DNA of 61,298 bases, counting the filler, from Sphacelaria rigidula (lineage: Eukaryota), in NCBI GenBank assembly GCA_964200075.2. It is 10 parts of 10 records of this genome, joined end to end, with 100 filler letters (N's around TTAATTAATTAA, not from the genome) between each part and the next. Parts side by side here need not be neighbours in the genome. Positions count along the whole stretch, not along the records: positions 24,563 to 30,602 come from CAXNAA020022632.1; positions 30,703 to 36,742 come from CAXNAA020022633.1; positions 36,843 to 42,881 come from CAXNAA020022634.1; 7 more parts are not named here. One strand, written 5' to 3'. A program made the translations under genes and the position numbers. The notes under the pieces are model-generated. The model was not told where the DNA came from and ran no database searches. It saw only the letters and a list, made by a program, of their open reading frames with translations. Of this stretch, positions 25,491 through 38,020 are shown piece by piece (within the stretch, counting starts at the first letter, position 1; the number at the start of each line of letters is the position of its first letter).

Positions 25491-27838
25491 ATTGTGGAAT
25501 TGATTTTTTGTACTTCTGAATTTTGGGGCCCTCGAAGGTCCGTGTCAATAACATTGAAATCCCCCGAGTTGTTTTTACAGGCACAAGTGTAATAATACTG
25601 GAAATCTGGAATTTGGACAGCCGCTGCTGTTCGAAATAAATCCTAATTCCAAACTTGGAATATAGGGGGAAAAGGATTCATTGCGAAGAGCTTCAGCTGT
25701 AAAGAAGATCCCAAATACACTGTATATAGCGGATGGAATTTGTACACCGCGAAGAATACCTGAAATTGGTTAGAGAAAGAACTTGTTCGCGAGCAGCTTC
25801 AGCTGTTCAAGTCCCACGTACTGCACGCAAGCTTTCGTTGCAGCTATAACGTTACGTGCAATTGACCTCGGTCATTGATGCACATACCTGATGAAAACCC
25901 CGTAGTCCTGCGTCGACGAAACTAAAACAAAATACAGGGAAAATGAAGCATCTCATCGCGTGGTTGATACTACGTATACTCGGGATATATATTCACAACA
26001 ACAAACTGTATACTGGACTGTACAATACCATTGCATGCGGGACAGTGCGCTATTCCGCCGTGCTTATACGTGCGGCGCCATGTACTGCAGAGGGCTGGCT
26101 ATAAATACAATGTAGATGCCTGCATGCAGCTTATTTTGATATATGGGGCGGGTATTATATACCGTCACGAACTCCAGTTTTTCACGCGCCCGTTCCACAG
26201 CATATTTGCGCGCACATTCAGTAAGAAGGGCGTGAAAGGGAAGGGGAAAAGTACAGTACAGACAGCGCAGTACAATGTATATATGAATGTTCTCTACCTA
26301 TAGTGCGGCGTGAAAACAACTCGAACGTGCAGCATAGCGTACGCGGCCTGCGTATGCTGCACTATGTTATATCGCGGTGCGTCCGCAGCATGCATATATA
26401 TGGTGAGTGCTATGCATAATATAGGCGGGCGGTTGAGTATTGTTCCTCGCACCCGCCTATATACGCACCCGCCCGCGTATGTCGTCGCCGCGCGATGTCG
26501 CGACCGCCATGAAAGAAGGTGCTCAAGTTTCCACCAACGAGAAATACATCATATCCACCCGCACGGCAGTGTGTATATGTGTCTATATCCCTGTGCCCAA
26601 CCCGTGCTCTTTGCTGCGGGGTTGTGGTGGTATAGCTACATGGGCGGAAACATACTGTCGTGCACGGGCGGGTGTGCGTTCATTGATGTCCGCGATTTGT
26701 GTCCGGTGATAAATATACGGAGTGATGGTCTACATATACCATTGATATACGATTGATAAAGTGATATTTTCTAAACACGGTTCGTGTTGGTAGAGGATGG
26801 ACTACGGGGTTTTGTGAAAAATGTGCATACATGGACGAGGTATACCCGATCACCAAGCATCTTCCCACCTTCCCAGGGGCTTCAGACGAAGCACAGGTGT
26901 AGACATACACACGTATCCAACGTGTGGGATCTCTATTCAGCGAAAGATGTTGAGAGCTATTCATCCTTTAGCCCATGTACACATGGACTGGGGGGCAAAA
27001 GGATGAATAATACCTTTCAGCAACCTTTTCTGCGCGTCGGATCCCATGCGCTGGTGACGATGCAGTATGCGGGATTAGCCCAGCAGCTGACGCTGCTCGC
27101 AATAAATTTATTTTCCCCAAATCTCTGGATGAATTGAAGGGAAAAGTAAATATTTATTTCGAGCTTCTTCTGCTGTTCAAATTCCGAATCTGCCAGTGCG
27201 CATGGGATTTGCGCAGCAGAAGAAGCTGTTCGAAATAGATCCTTTTTTTGCTCATCTCAAACATGGGCGAAAAAAGGATCGATCTTGAACAGCTTCCTCT
27301 GCTGTTCTGAATAAATACTCTTTTCTTGCCGAAATAAATTGGGCGAGAAAAGGATCTGTTCTGGATAGCTTGTCCTGCTGTCCAAAATAATTTTTTATTT
27401 TCGCTCGATTCAAATCGGGTGAAGAGGAATTTACCTCCGACAGGAGGACAAGCTCTTGAAGATAAATAATTTTACAGATTTTGTACCAAAATATATGGGG
27501 TTTTCGAAAAACAAACTTGAGGTTTTTACACCAAAACACTACCACATGACTGGGCAGGGCTTTGCCGACGTGCCTACACAGGGCTGCAAATCCAACCCTG
27601 GGGAAAACCCTATCAAAACGCTGCGATGGGTACAGATTTTGCATTTCACTGTTAGTCTTTTTCACAAAGACTGTGGAGGACCCTGTACGGACCCTGCACA
27701 GTTCGCCCCACAAGTTTCTATCTGTCTACGGGTGCAACTTCTCAACATGAAAGAACTATGAAAAAAAGAGGTTGGGCGATTCAGCGCTAGCTCTCGCCGG
27801 AGTACAGCACAGTAGTACGCGGCATTGCGGATTGTGCC

Positions 27839-30400
27839 TGTTGGTAGGATGGCCTGGGTTGTCAATAAGATACACCTTGTCAGGGTTAGGTACACCAGTC
27901 TAGTGATATACCTGTTTGAGTTCCGGGTACTGCCCGGGATGACTTTATATTGTGATGTTAGTGACTAGATATACGTGAGTGGTGCTTGTCGCATCTTGGT
28001 TTCTTGGCCCCCACTGGGCCCACTTCCCTTCCGTCCCTCTTCATCAACAAAGCTTTATATACATTTCTGCCTCATCTTGATCGGCAGACAGCCGTGTCCA
28101 TTGATCGACTATCGCAGTCGTGTCCATTGATCGACTATCTGAGTCGAATCTGCACCCCACCCTCTCATGGGGTCACGAAGCTACAAACACTCTAGAGACC
28201 CTACCCAACTTGGGAGCTATGTGGTCAACGGACCGGTGGCGGACTGGAGCACCGCGGAAAGACAGTTGGCCGTCGCGGGAGACACATCGTCTCCAACGGA
28301 GATTCTGGAGGTGAAAGAGAATGTCGCCAGTTCGCAAGGATCGGTGACGGGAATCGCCGAGCAGCTGGCGGAGCTGAGGATGATGATGTCCCAGTTAGTG
28401 CGCGGGACATCATCCACTGGCCTTGGAGCGGCAGTGGGCGGGGAGGGGGAGGCAGGCGACGGGAGGCACACAGTCGCCGGTGCCGGAACAGGAAGGGTCC
28501 GGTCACCACGCGGTGTAGGGATTATATCAGGCCCTCTCCTAGGATCCACGTGCGATGGATCCGCCCATGTAAGTATGAAGGAGGAGTCCCCGGCTTACTA
28601 CCCTCACTAGGCGTGAAGAGTTGTTTTGGTGTTGAAAGATTCGATGAGAAGTTTGACGGTAGGGAGGAAAATTGGCCGTTGTTCCGTGATGATGATTTCC
28701 TGACAGAAGTTAGTGCCGCAGGTTTCATAAGTGCCTCACGTGACAGACGGGAAATATTTCCGTATGACACAGGAAGCTGCCCAGGACCCCCGTGAAGTGA
28801 CAAGGGAGGTCGAAAAAGAAGGAAATTTCGAATTTACAAGGGGCCTTGGGAGATACGGGGGATTCGAAACCTGATGGGCGTGAAAAATAGTTCTGTAAAG
28901 GAGAGGCGATCTTGAATTTGCCGGAAGCAAACAACACACTTCGCGCGTGACTGTCCGGAACGACATTGTACGAGATGCGGAAACACGGGACACTCGTTTC
29001 AGGATTGTAGTACAGGAGAAGACGAAGATACAGCGATGGCGGCAGGGTCATCGAGTAGTAGCGATTCTTCAGTATGTATGGAAGCGGACGCAGAAGCCTT
29101 TTGAAAATGATAGCATGAAAACTATGCATGACTCAAATACCCCTCTGATATTGTCATGTTTTGAATGTTCGTGATCATCATGCAGATAGCGATTCATGTA
29201 CCCAAAGAGACGTTGTTGCCCAGGTGGATCGAGATGTTGGATATCTCTGGACAATGTTGAGATCATATTTTGTTTTTGGAGACCGAAACTCAGTTTTGAT
29301 GTTTGACGAATATTTCTGTCTCAATGAGTACAGACTTGCTTTGCGCGCTTGTTTGACTCGATTGATGAGAAGAAGATCGTCTGCCGTTTTTGTGAGTGTG
29401 AGAAGAGCGGGGCACCGCGTCTTAACTTGACTGTGGAACGGTGTCGGTGGAAATGCACAGAATGGAGGTGCGTGAAGAGTGTTGAGGGCATGTTTTGACA
29501 TGGATGCCGAAACTCAACGCTTGTGTGTAATATTGTTGCCATTCCGATGAGCGCAAGACTGTGGGGCACCACATCCTTACTCGATCGGTTGAGGTGGAAC
29601 CTTGTTCGTCGCCTTGGTGAGTACAGGCACGTTGGACACCATGGTCTGACTGGACTAGAGGGTGATGTCGGTAAACTTCCCGCAGAGGGGTATGCGGATA
29701 AACGATGGTTGGGACCACAAAATTTGAGGTAGATTCCGAACCTCGACATCTAAGTGAAAAAGTTGTTATCATTCCGAGAGGTGCAGGATTCGCGAGGCAT
29801 CGGTTTCTTGACTGGATTGGTTGATAAGACTTCGTTGTTTTGGTAGGAGCAAGGACTGAGTAGCGCAATACCAGCCGCTTGACCTGATCATGATAATTTC
29901 GGAAGAGTGACTGTGGGCACAAAATGAATTTCCTGTACTACAGGTCAGTAAAACGCATGTGACCCATATTTGATGGGTGATAGATAGAGCTGACTTTATG
30001 AGCGAGATGCGGTTCATGTGCACAGCATGATAAAGCAAGAGTGCATTGTATCACCCATATGGGAGCTGGTCGTTGCTCGGTTGGCTGGCTAGGCGAATTC
30101 CATACAGGTTTACACATGTTGGCACGGCATGTAATGGCAAAGTGTACTGTTTCATGCAACCAGGATGCTAGCGGCCAAACTGCCGTTTGATCCATGTGTG
30201 ATATGTGAACGAGAGGTGAAGAGTTGAAATAATTGTGCTGGATTCGGGTATGATATGTTGGTGTGCGTTTGTGATTGCCATAACGCGACACCACAGTACG
30301 GTACGTGGTAAAAGTATGTTCAGCGGTTGGTGATTGACGCGCCTGAGTAACATGGGTATTAATACTTTTTCTTTCTGTTGTCGCACTGCCCATTCCCCTC
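27839..30400 (+). mobile_element. Degenerate LTR retrotransposon (Copia-like) with gag remnant; boundaries approximate
   Basis: Putative LTR TGTTGG(27839)...CCCAAC(~28209) contains a 26-bp-period duplication GTGTCCATTGATCGACTATC. It is followed by a coiled-coil segment (IAEQLAELRMMMSQL) and KFDGREENWPLFRDD, like the Copia gag KFDG..NW..W/F motif. No pol motifs recognised. Confidence 0.5.
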
Positions 30401-31410
30401 GGGTCTGCACGATATGTGAGATGCTGAGCCTCCAAAAAACATCTTTGTCCGACACAGATGCTGTCTGTACGGCTGAGACGAGCACAAGGTGACGGATGGT
30501 TTTGGAGGGTGGTGACCGACCGGGATCAAGATCAGCCCCTCGCTGCAAATCTCCCCGCTATGGGGGAAAGATGATGATGAATGCAGCACTCCTTCCCCGT
30601 GGNNNNNNNNNNNNNNNNNNNNNNNNNNNNNNNNNNNNNNNNNNNNTTAATTAATTAANNNNNNNNNNNNNNNNNNNNNNNNNNNNNNNNNNNNNNNNNN
30701 NNCGACACACCCGCCCCCCCGAGACCGCCCCCCCCCCCCCCCTCCGGCGGTCGTCGTTTTTTTTTCACAATAGGAAACGCTCAATAAATAGCCATGTTGG
30801 GGCGACTTGGGTGAGGTAGCGCCCATGATTGTTGGCCCTATCTGCCACCACAAGATACGACGCACATTGGACGCAAATTGGCGGTGCAGATAGATGCGTT
30901 GAGCTTGATTGAGCAAGCATTACAAGGCATTGTGGTATTTGTCTGGTCTTGTTCTTGTCGTGGAAGTGTGATGTGCAATGTATTGCCGAAACTCATAAAT
31001 ATAACTTGGCCTTGACTCCGAAGGTACGCGAAGAATTAAGGCTTCATTAACACGGATTTTGATTTTCGATATATATATATATATATTATTTATTTATGTG
31101 AAGGATTTAGTAACCCCCCCCCCCCGCGCGCTCGAAAAACTCCAGGATTCAAGAAAGGGGCATAGGGTCTCGATTTTGTGGGGGGGGGCACTATCGCATG
31201 CAGCAAACATGCAGCACATCTTGCTCCTCGGGCGAAATCGGCGGAAGAAACTGCCGGTATAGATGCCCGAACATGCGCAAAGCATATACCCAAGCGACGC
31301 GTTTCGATGTCTCCTACTTGCTGTACATCGTAGCAAACCTAACAGACGCGCGACGACACGGTATACGTGATATGCTTGGCAGCCAACAAGGGTCGACGGA
31401 CATACTCGAC

Positions 31411-31851
31411 CTTCACGTTTGCAGGAAACGCAGCCAGATGTCGTATTCGAACCCTTTCCCCCGGTGTATCTCCTACATCATCCTTCTCCAACACTTGATC
31501 TTGCAGCGCGTGGAACAGGAAACACGAAACTCCAGGGTCGCGAGAGTGGTGCACTGTGCGAACCGCCTCGACACCCAACACCAACTCGAGCCTAGCTTTC
31601 GTTTCCAGCCCATCTGCGTAGTCTGCACAGCCAACAAACGGTGCGGCAGAGGAAGAGAGCATCACCCGGCTTGCTTGCCATTCAAGCGCGCCTGCGAAAA
31701 CGCCGGCGTCCCCGTCAAATTCATCAACAGAAGTTGTCTCGAGAGCCACCTGAAAAAGATCTAGTGGGAAGGGGGATACTGACGGAAAGCACGTCGGCAC
31801 TATCGATACCAGCAGCTGTATTCGTCGAGACGACGCCGATCCAATCCGCAT
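31411..31851 (-). CDS. Probable first exon of a secreted protein; recalled resemblance to the N-terminal region of brown-algal subtilisin-like (S8) proteins
   Basis: Open 147-codon frame from ATG 31851 with a hydrophobic N-terminus (MRIGSASSRRIQLLVSIVPTCFPSV), then APFVGCADY...EAVRTVHHSRDPGVSCFLF...LAAFPANVK, ending at a plausible donor AAG|GTCGAG. Alternative acceptor TTTTTCAG at 31750. The family assignment is from memory only and no catalytic residues are present. Confidence 0.45.
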
Positions 31852-33194
31852 GACCGGTGGCACGAAGCCGAGGCGAGACGACACTTCTTGATATGGAATT
31901 GTGAGGGTATACCGTATGTAGACGGGTATCAACCACCCCGCAAACAACAGTGGCTGCGACATCACGGATTTCAAGTACTGTATCCACTCACAAATAAAAT
32001 ATACATCATGATCATGTGAACCGCTTGCGGGTCAACCTCTCATGTGCTGAAATCACGAACGACTGCCATATCCATGTCATGGTTGAATATGTTGCCTATT
32101 TGAGGTATATGTTTCACCGACCAGTCTGCGTCTTCCGATTAAAATGTTTGAGATACCACGAAGTGGTTTGCGTCGAGGTGTACCGCAGTAGCTGTGGCGC
32201 TTCTGTATCGGTGTATGTCGGTGAGTGTCGTGCGTGCCACGGATTTCCTGACACGCGTGGAAACGAATCAAATGAAGACGCCACAGCACCTGAACCCTAT
32301 TGTTATTTTCCAATATTACGAGTCCGAGTTGGTGTGCCTGGTGCTCTTGTTGCTGCCCCGTGGTTTAGGTAGAAAAGATAATTCCAGTTGTTGATGTTGG
32401 AAGAAGGAACTAGAAATAATTTTCAGAAGTCCATAGTTAATGATTTGCGTTGAGCAGTTCATCGACACCGTTGGCTCCACAGCGCATCATATTGTAGGGG
32501 TGGTAAAAAGCGTGATACTAATTCGAATTGCCGAGCTGCTGACCCATGACCCCGTACATGTATAAACACCATAACAGCTTACACCAAGAACGGGGGAGAA
32601 CGCGACTTCATTGACAATTCAGCTGAAAATCATGTCCGGGCGGGGTCGGCGTGCGTCCAGCCTTGATTCCCCAACAACTGCGGCGGAAAATCCAGCGGAC
32701 GCTGGAAGTGGTGGGGTGAGAGGAAGCGAACTCATGATTTCCTCAGCAACTGGTGTTGGCGGGGGTGGAAGGGACACCGGAAGTGGGAGTGGGGCGGGCA
32801 AGAGCGCCAGCGAAGTCTTGGAGTTGAACCGACGCTGCTTCTCATGCTGTAATGTGTTACTGCAGGTGGAAGCTTCTGTCGGCGGTGAACACAAAACTGT
32901 GAGTGTCCTGCGTGTTGGCGTTTCGAGTAGAGCGCCTTATTAGGGACGGCGTTAAAATATCCGCGAGTCATACCGTGAACGTGCCCACCTCGAGTTTGCC
33001 CCGTATATGTGACGGCGGCGGCCACGCGACCGAAGTGTGTGCCCCGACATATTTCTGGGAACAGAACCTTCCGTGAGTACCAAGTCTTCTGCTTCTCAAG
33101 AGAGTCGAGGCTGATCAACTCATCTATATATTGTAAGTGAGGGTGTTATACCCCGTCATGGACTGTGCAACAGTACAACAGTTACCAGTGTTCC

Positions 33195-33805
33195 GCCGAA
33201 AGAAAAAAAAAAAAGTTGATTCGGAACAGAATCCGACATCTGTTCGCCCCGATACGCACGCACCCACAACGCAACCCCAGATTTAGCAACATGAGGTTGT
33301 TGCCTATAGTCTACATGACATGCGGACGAAGTGCCAGCGCCTAAAAGTACTGACAGCGCGTGTACGGCCGTGCCTCCTGAGTTGAGGACCTCTACAGACA
33401 ATACCAGAATTTGTACCGCACAGAATGTCATCATCCACAATGGGTGCCGGCACAGATCGATGTTTGTTTCACGGCGCAGAAGTTGCGTAGTAGGTCATAA
33501 CGTGGAAGTGAACGCACCCGCGTGTCAGAACATGCATCCAGCGATGTGTCGCGCAGTCTGGGCTGCAGAGACGCCGTTTTGAGGGCGTATGGACGGCATG
33601 ACCCACAATCCGTGTTCGCTCTGTTCACCGGGTGCACTACCCCATCACGTGCCGCCGAACAGCGTATATGTTATCTGTGTTGTGTTGTATCTACGTGCCA
33701 AGTTTGAAGCCGGATGGTGGGGACACGGTGGAGGAATCCACGAACAAAGTAACGCATGAAAAGTGGGAAATTCGGTACTGAACGCTCGAAAAGATACATG
33801 AGGTG
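33195..33805 (+). repeat. Dispersed ~600-bp unclassified repeat, copy 1
   Basis: Collinear with 58608-59223 (e.g. ATGAGGTTGTTG...GTCTACATGACATGCG, CGGCCGTGCC, GTGCCAAGTTT, AAGATACATGAGGTG). Confidence 0.85.
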
Positions 33806-35829
33806 TGGTTACGCCGCATATCACAGATTCGGTGAGTTACCACCGTCCTATTTCCACCGAAAGGCCACCCGCCCAGTATGATGGCAACAACTGCGGGGTC
33901 CGCGAACGCGCTGGGTGCAGGGTGCGATGGAAGACACTCCGATTGTTTCTCGTACTGATTGTGTGTACAGCGAGAAGCACTGTGGGCTGAGGTATCGCGC
34001 AGATGCGATACCTCACCCCACTGTAGGTGTGTGTCCACGCTGAATATTCTGTCGATGCCGTGACAAAGGTCAGGTTCAACGAAGGCCTTTTTTTCGTGTT
34101 TCTTTGTTGTACCACGGAAAATATATCTGTTTGGCCACTTATCGCGTGTAAGAATGTGTCTCGATGGAAATCGCCTGTTTGCCCTCCCATGAGTAATTAC
34201 CTCGCAGATGAGGTTTCGACGGAGGTTAACACGTCGAAACGATCGTATATCTTCGCTGATCCCGTTCCGCAGCGGTTTTCCGTTCCAGGGTTATGTCATG
34301 GCTCTACTCGCGCCCGAAATTGTTATCTCAGCAACAAGCGACCAACTGAATAAAATGCATGAAGCACAAGAAAAATACGAATGTTTTCATAACAAAACAT
34401 CGACTTTGCTTCCAACAAATAAAAACGAGTTTGTTGTCAACAACTGTATCGTTTGTTATTGCAATTGCAACTTCGGCCACAAACAAAACTGTCGCGTCCA
34501 CGAAACGCGAACGTGCTCGGGTCTGCATTTTTATTGTTACGCGACCGCCCCTGTTACGGAGAGTGCGGGTTCGGCCACAAAGTGTTGTGGGGGTTATCAA
34601 GGTCCTTTACAACGGTGTCGACGAATAAAGCTTGTTATTCCGAGGTGCCAACATCCGCCCAAGCCTGCCGTCGGCTGAAAATCGACAGCGAAATGCCAAC
34701 AGCCAATCACACAAATCTTTCACGCATCATAAATGGCCTTGGCGGCAAGACTTGACGGTAGCACTTTCGGCGCATTTTGTGAAGAACAAAATATAACATT
34801 TCTCGGATATTGCAGTCCCACAATAAGTAAAACACAAACATAGACCAACGCCGGCGAAAAACAGTAATGGCGTAAATTTTTTCAGGTGATACCAGCCCCC
34901 TTGTGGGCGGGGTCTTCACTGCATACTTCGCCGAAAATCACACCGAAGATGAAATGCAGCCCATAAAATCCCATGATGTGACATCGCAGGAGGTCACTTG
35001 AACGATTAGTTTTTTTGGTGAAGGAGAATGCATGACTCTGTGCATGACTCTCGCAACCTAGCGCCGTGTTTTTTTTTATATTTCCAGGGAGTAATATATA
35101 GGAGGAGCCCGCACGAGTGACCGTATTCATTTCAAAACGCACCATCTCCGCAGGAAGAACACTTGCCCTCAACACTCAATACCCTAATGGTATGGACACT
35201 GTCTCCTTCGCTGCGGCGGGAAGTTCAGGCCGCAAAACCGTTCGATCAAATGCCGAGCGCCCACATCAAAACGCACGATGCGCCGGCGTCGGTCGATACC
35301 CAACAAATCGTACGACTTTCTATGGCAAAAAAGGCCGAGACGACATCGCGACCGTTGACCCCTCCACCGCCGCCGCGGCGGGCACATCTGAGATGTCGAG
35401 GGCATAATGTGAACGACAACCGATCCTTCCATGAGATCACATTACATCCTGCAGCGTACATGGTCTCCGTCCACCCGCGATACAACCCGCGGCAGCCTCA
35501 CAGTCTGGTTTCGCCGCTTTTGGTGCACCTGACGCGAAATGTAGCGCACACGCGGATGAATAGACGCAGAGAGGGTCAGCGAGCCAGAGTCGTGTTCCTT
35601 TCGAGCCCGAGGGAGGGGGAGGGGGGGCGGTACCCTACGACAGCACCGGAAATGGGACGGCGTCGCCGCGCAGCATGACTGATCGACATCGATCGGATGC
35701 AGCATGCTCGCGCAACTCCCACGAGGTCTGCTTTCCCGTAACTCACTTATCGACAGCCACATTCCAATACCATCTACGGCAGCCACATTGTGCTTCCCTC
35801 ATGTTACAAAATTACAGGTTGCAACATTT

Positions 35830-36443
35830 CAAGGCTGTGTTCTGTAGGGTACGGTTTTCTGTATACCCGGGGTATTCTGCCGGGTATTTACCGTACCCGA
35901 CAGTTCTTTGACTTCTGTAAGACTTTCATACCCCTACCCGACAGTTCTTTAATCTCTGTAGGACTTTCATATCCTTACGCGATAGTTCTGTAATCTCTGT
36001 AAGACTCCCGAATCGTTACCGGGGCGTGTGGGTACGCTCTTGATAAAGCACCTCATTGCGGGTACGGTTATATGTGCAACCTCCACACGCTACCCTAGTT
36101 GCTGTGAGTTCTGTAAGCCTCCCATATCCTTACCCGACAGTTCTGTGAGTTATGTGCAAAACATTTACCCGTACCCGGAGCGCGGGTATGCTTTTGAAAA
36201 AATACCCGATTGCCGGTACCGGTTTTCTGTAAGCCTCCCATACCGTACCCCACAAGTTCTGTAACTTCTGTAAGACTTTCACCCAGTACCGATACCCGAC
36301 AGTTCTGTGAGCTCTGTAAGCCCCTCTTACCCCTACCCGGGGTTAGGGTATGCCGGTATAGATATACCTGATTGCAGGTATTAGCGCAGGTATATACGTA
36401 CTTTGGGGAGGTACGGATACAGGTTCAATCCAAACACAACCTC
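35830..36443. mobile_element. Diverged inverted copy of the 23277 hAT-MITE family
   Basis: Starts CAAGGCTGTGTTCTGTAGGGTACGG. Interior TACCCGACAGTTCTGT motifs are the reverse complement of those at 23277-23855. The right TIR is degenerate (AACACAACCT). Confidence 0.8.
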
Positions 36444-37139
36444 ATGACCTGAACATGTACCTCTCATCAATCAACCCACCCAACTCCTTCATTCAAAACT
36501 GCACACCAACAATAATTCAATGTTGAATGGTTCTCTAGTTTTGGATCTGACGGGATACAAGGTACCGCTGAGTGGAAACACGAAACATGAGTAGCCCCGA
36601 GGACCGTCAGGATGTATCACCCCCAGACTCGAGTGGTGGCTCGAGCGGGGGCGGTTCATCTTCGCTACCAGAGGATCAAGTAGCAAGACGCACGTCATCG
36701 ACGTTGATGGTGGTTGTGTCGTGGTCAGCAAACCCCAGGCCTNNNNNNNNNNNNNNNNNNNNNNNNNNNNNNNNNNNNNNNNNNNNTTAATTAATTAANN
36801 NNNNNNNNNNNNNNNNNNNNNNNNNNNNNNNNNNNNNNNNNNCCTTGAGGCCAGAAGAGCTGGGGAGTCCCTCAACAGCATTCAGACGCTGCAGTACTAG
36901 CAAACCTGCTAGCGTCAAAGTCGCCAACAACCCACGAGGAGAAAAAATACACGTATAGGAGAGAAAAATGGGGCCCTCGCACATACGTCGAGTGCGTACC
37001 ACTTTGCAACGAGAACGCCCGAACCTCTGGAAAACAAATTCGAGGGCCCATTTTTTTTTCATTCGGCAAATCTCCGTGGGTTGTCGATGCTACGTTTTGA
37101 ATGACAATTTTCAATAATGAGCTGAAAACCCGAGATGAG

Positions 37140-37620
37140 GCCGGGTATTACGGCGCACAGATTTTTTGCCCACGGATTGTTCACTTTTGGGACATTTTCG
37201 CCACTTTTTGACCCCAGAATAGGGGAAATCGCCAACACACGTCGCGGACACTCTGCATCACCCTACAGAGAGGAGCCTAGCCAACTTTTTGGATTCGCTT
37301 GGCTCCAAGGTTTAGAGAGCGGCCGCTGAACAATAATCCGTGTGCAAAACAAGTTACGGCGATTTCCACAGATTATTGGGTAAACTGGCGGGGGTCGGCA
37401 AGCACAGAGTTTTGCACACGAGTTATTGTTCAACGGCCAATCTCGAAACCTCGGAGCCAAGTGAATCTGAGAAGCAGACTCGGCTCCTCTCTCTGGGGTT
37501 ACGCAAAGTTTTCGAGACGTGTGTTGGCGATTTTCCCTGTTTCGGGGTCAAACACTGGGTCAAACGTCCCGAAAGTGAACAATCCGTGGGCTTAAAATCT
37601 GTTTGCCATAACATCCGTCC
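37140..37620. mobile_element. Foldback element with ~200-bp imperfect arms
   Basis: GCCCACGGATTGTTCACTTT...AATCGCCAACACACGTC...TGAACAATAA...GTGTGCAAAAC is mirrored by GTTTTGCACAC...TTATTGTTCA...GACGTGTGTTGGCGATT...AAAGTGAACAATCCGTGGGC. Confidence 0.85.
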
Positions 37621-38020
37621 CGAGGTCGAACATCAATTTGCGTTTCTCCTCAAAAGTCGCCTAGAATAAGCAAAAAAAAGCAAAAAAAGGTGAAGTAGCA
37701 GAATAAAAGCTCATTTTCTTCTTTTATTATGCACTACCGCGGTTCTCCATTCGAATTTCCAAAGCACCACTCTTAACAACTGCGACACAATATTCAGCTT
37801 TTGTGTATTTCGTGCCTTTGGTCGTGATATATTGATTTTAGTGTGGAACCTTATGTAAGCCGTATCTCGGGATGGATGACGAATTACGTGAACGTGGGAG
37901 TATCTCCCTTCTCCGCGTGCTCCACGGAATGTCCACAACAAAACTCGTCGCCATTTACTTCATGTATCGATTGGGGTTTCATAAATACTCTAGTATACAC
38001 CGTATCTCCATAGAGTAATA

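Noticed and set aside
32611..33125. Gly/Ser-rich (+) or Pro-rich (-) ORFs as exons
   Set aside because: Plausible splice sites exist on both strands but there is no recognisable domain, so strand and frame cannot be decided.
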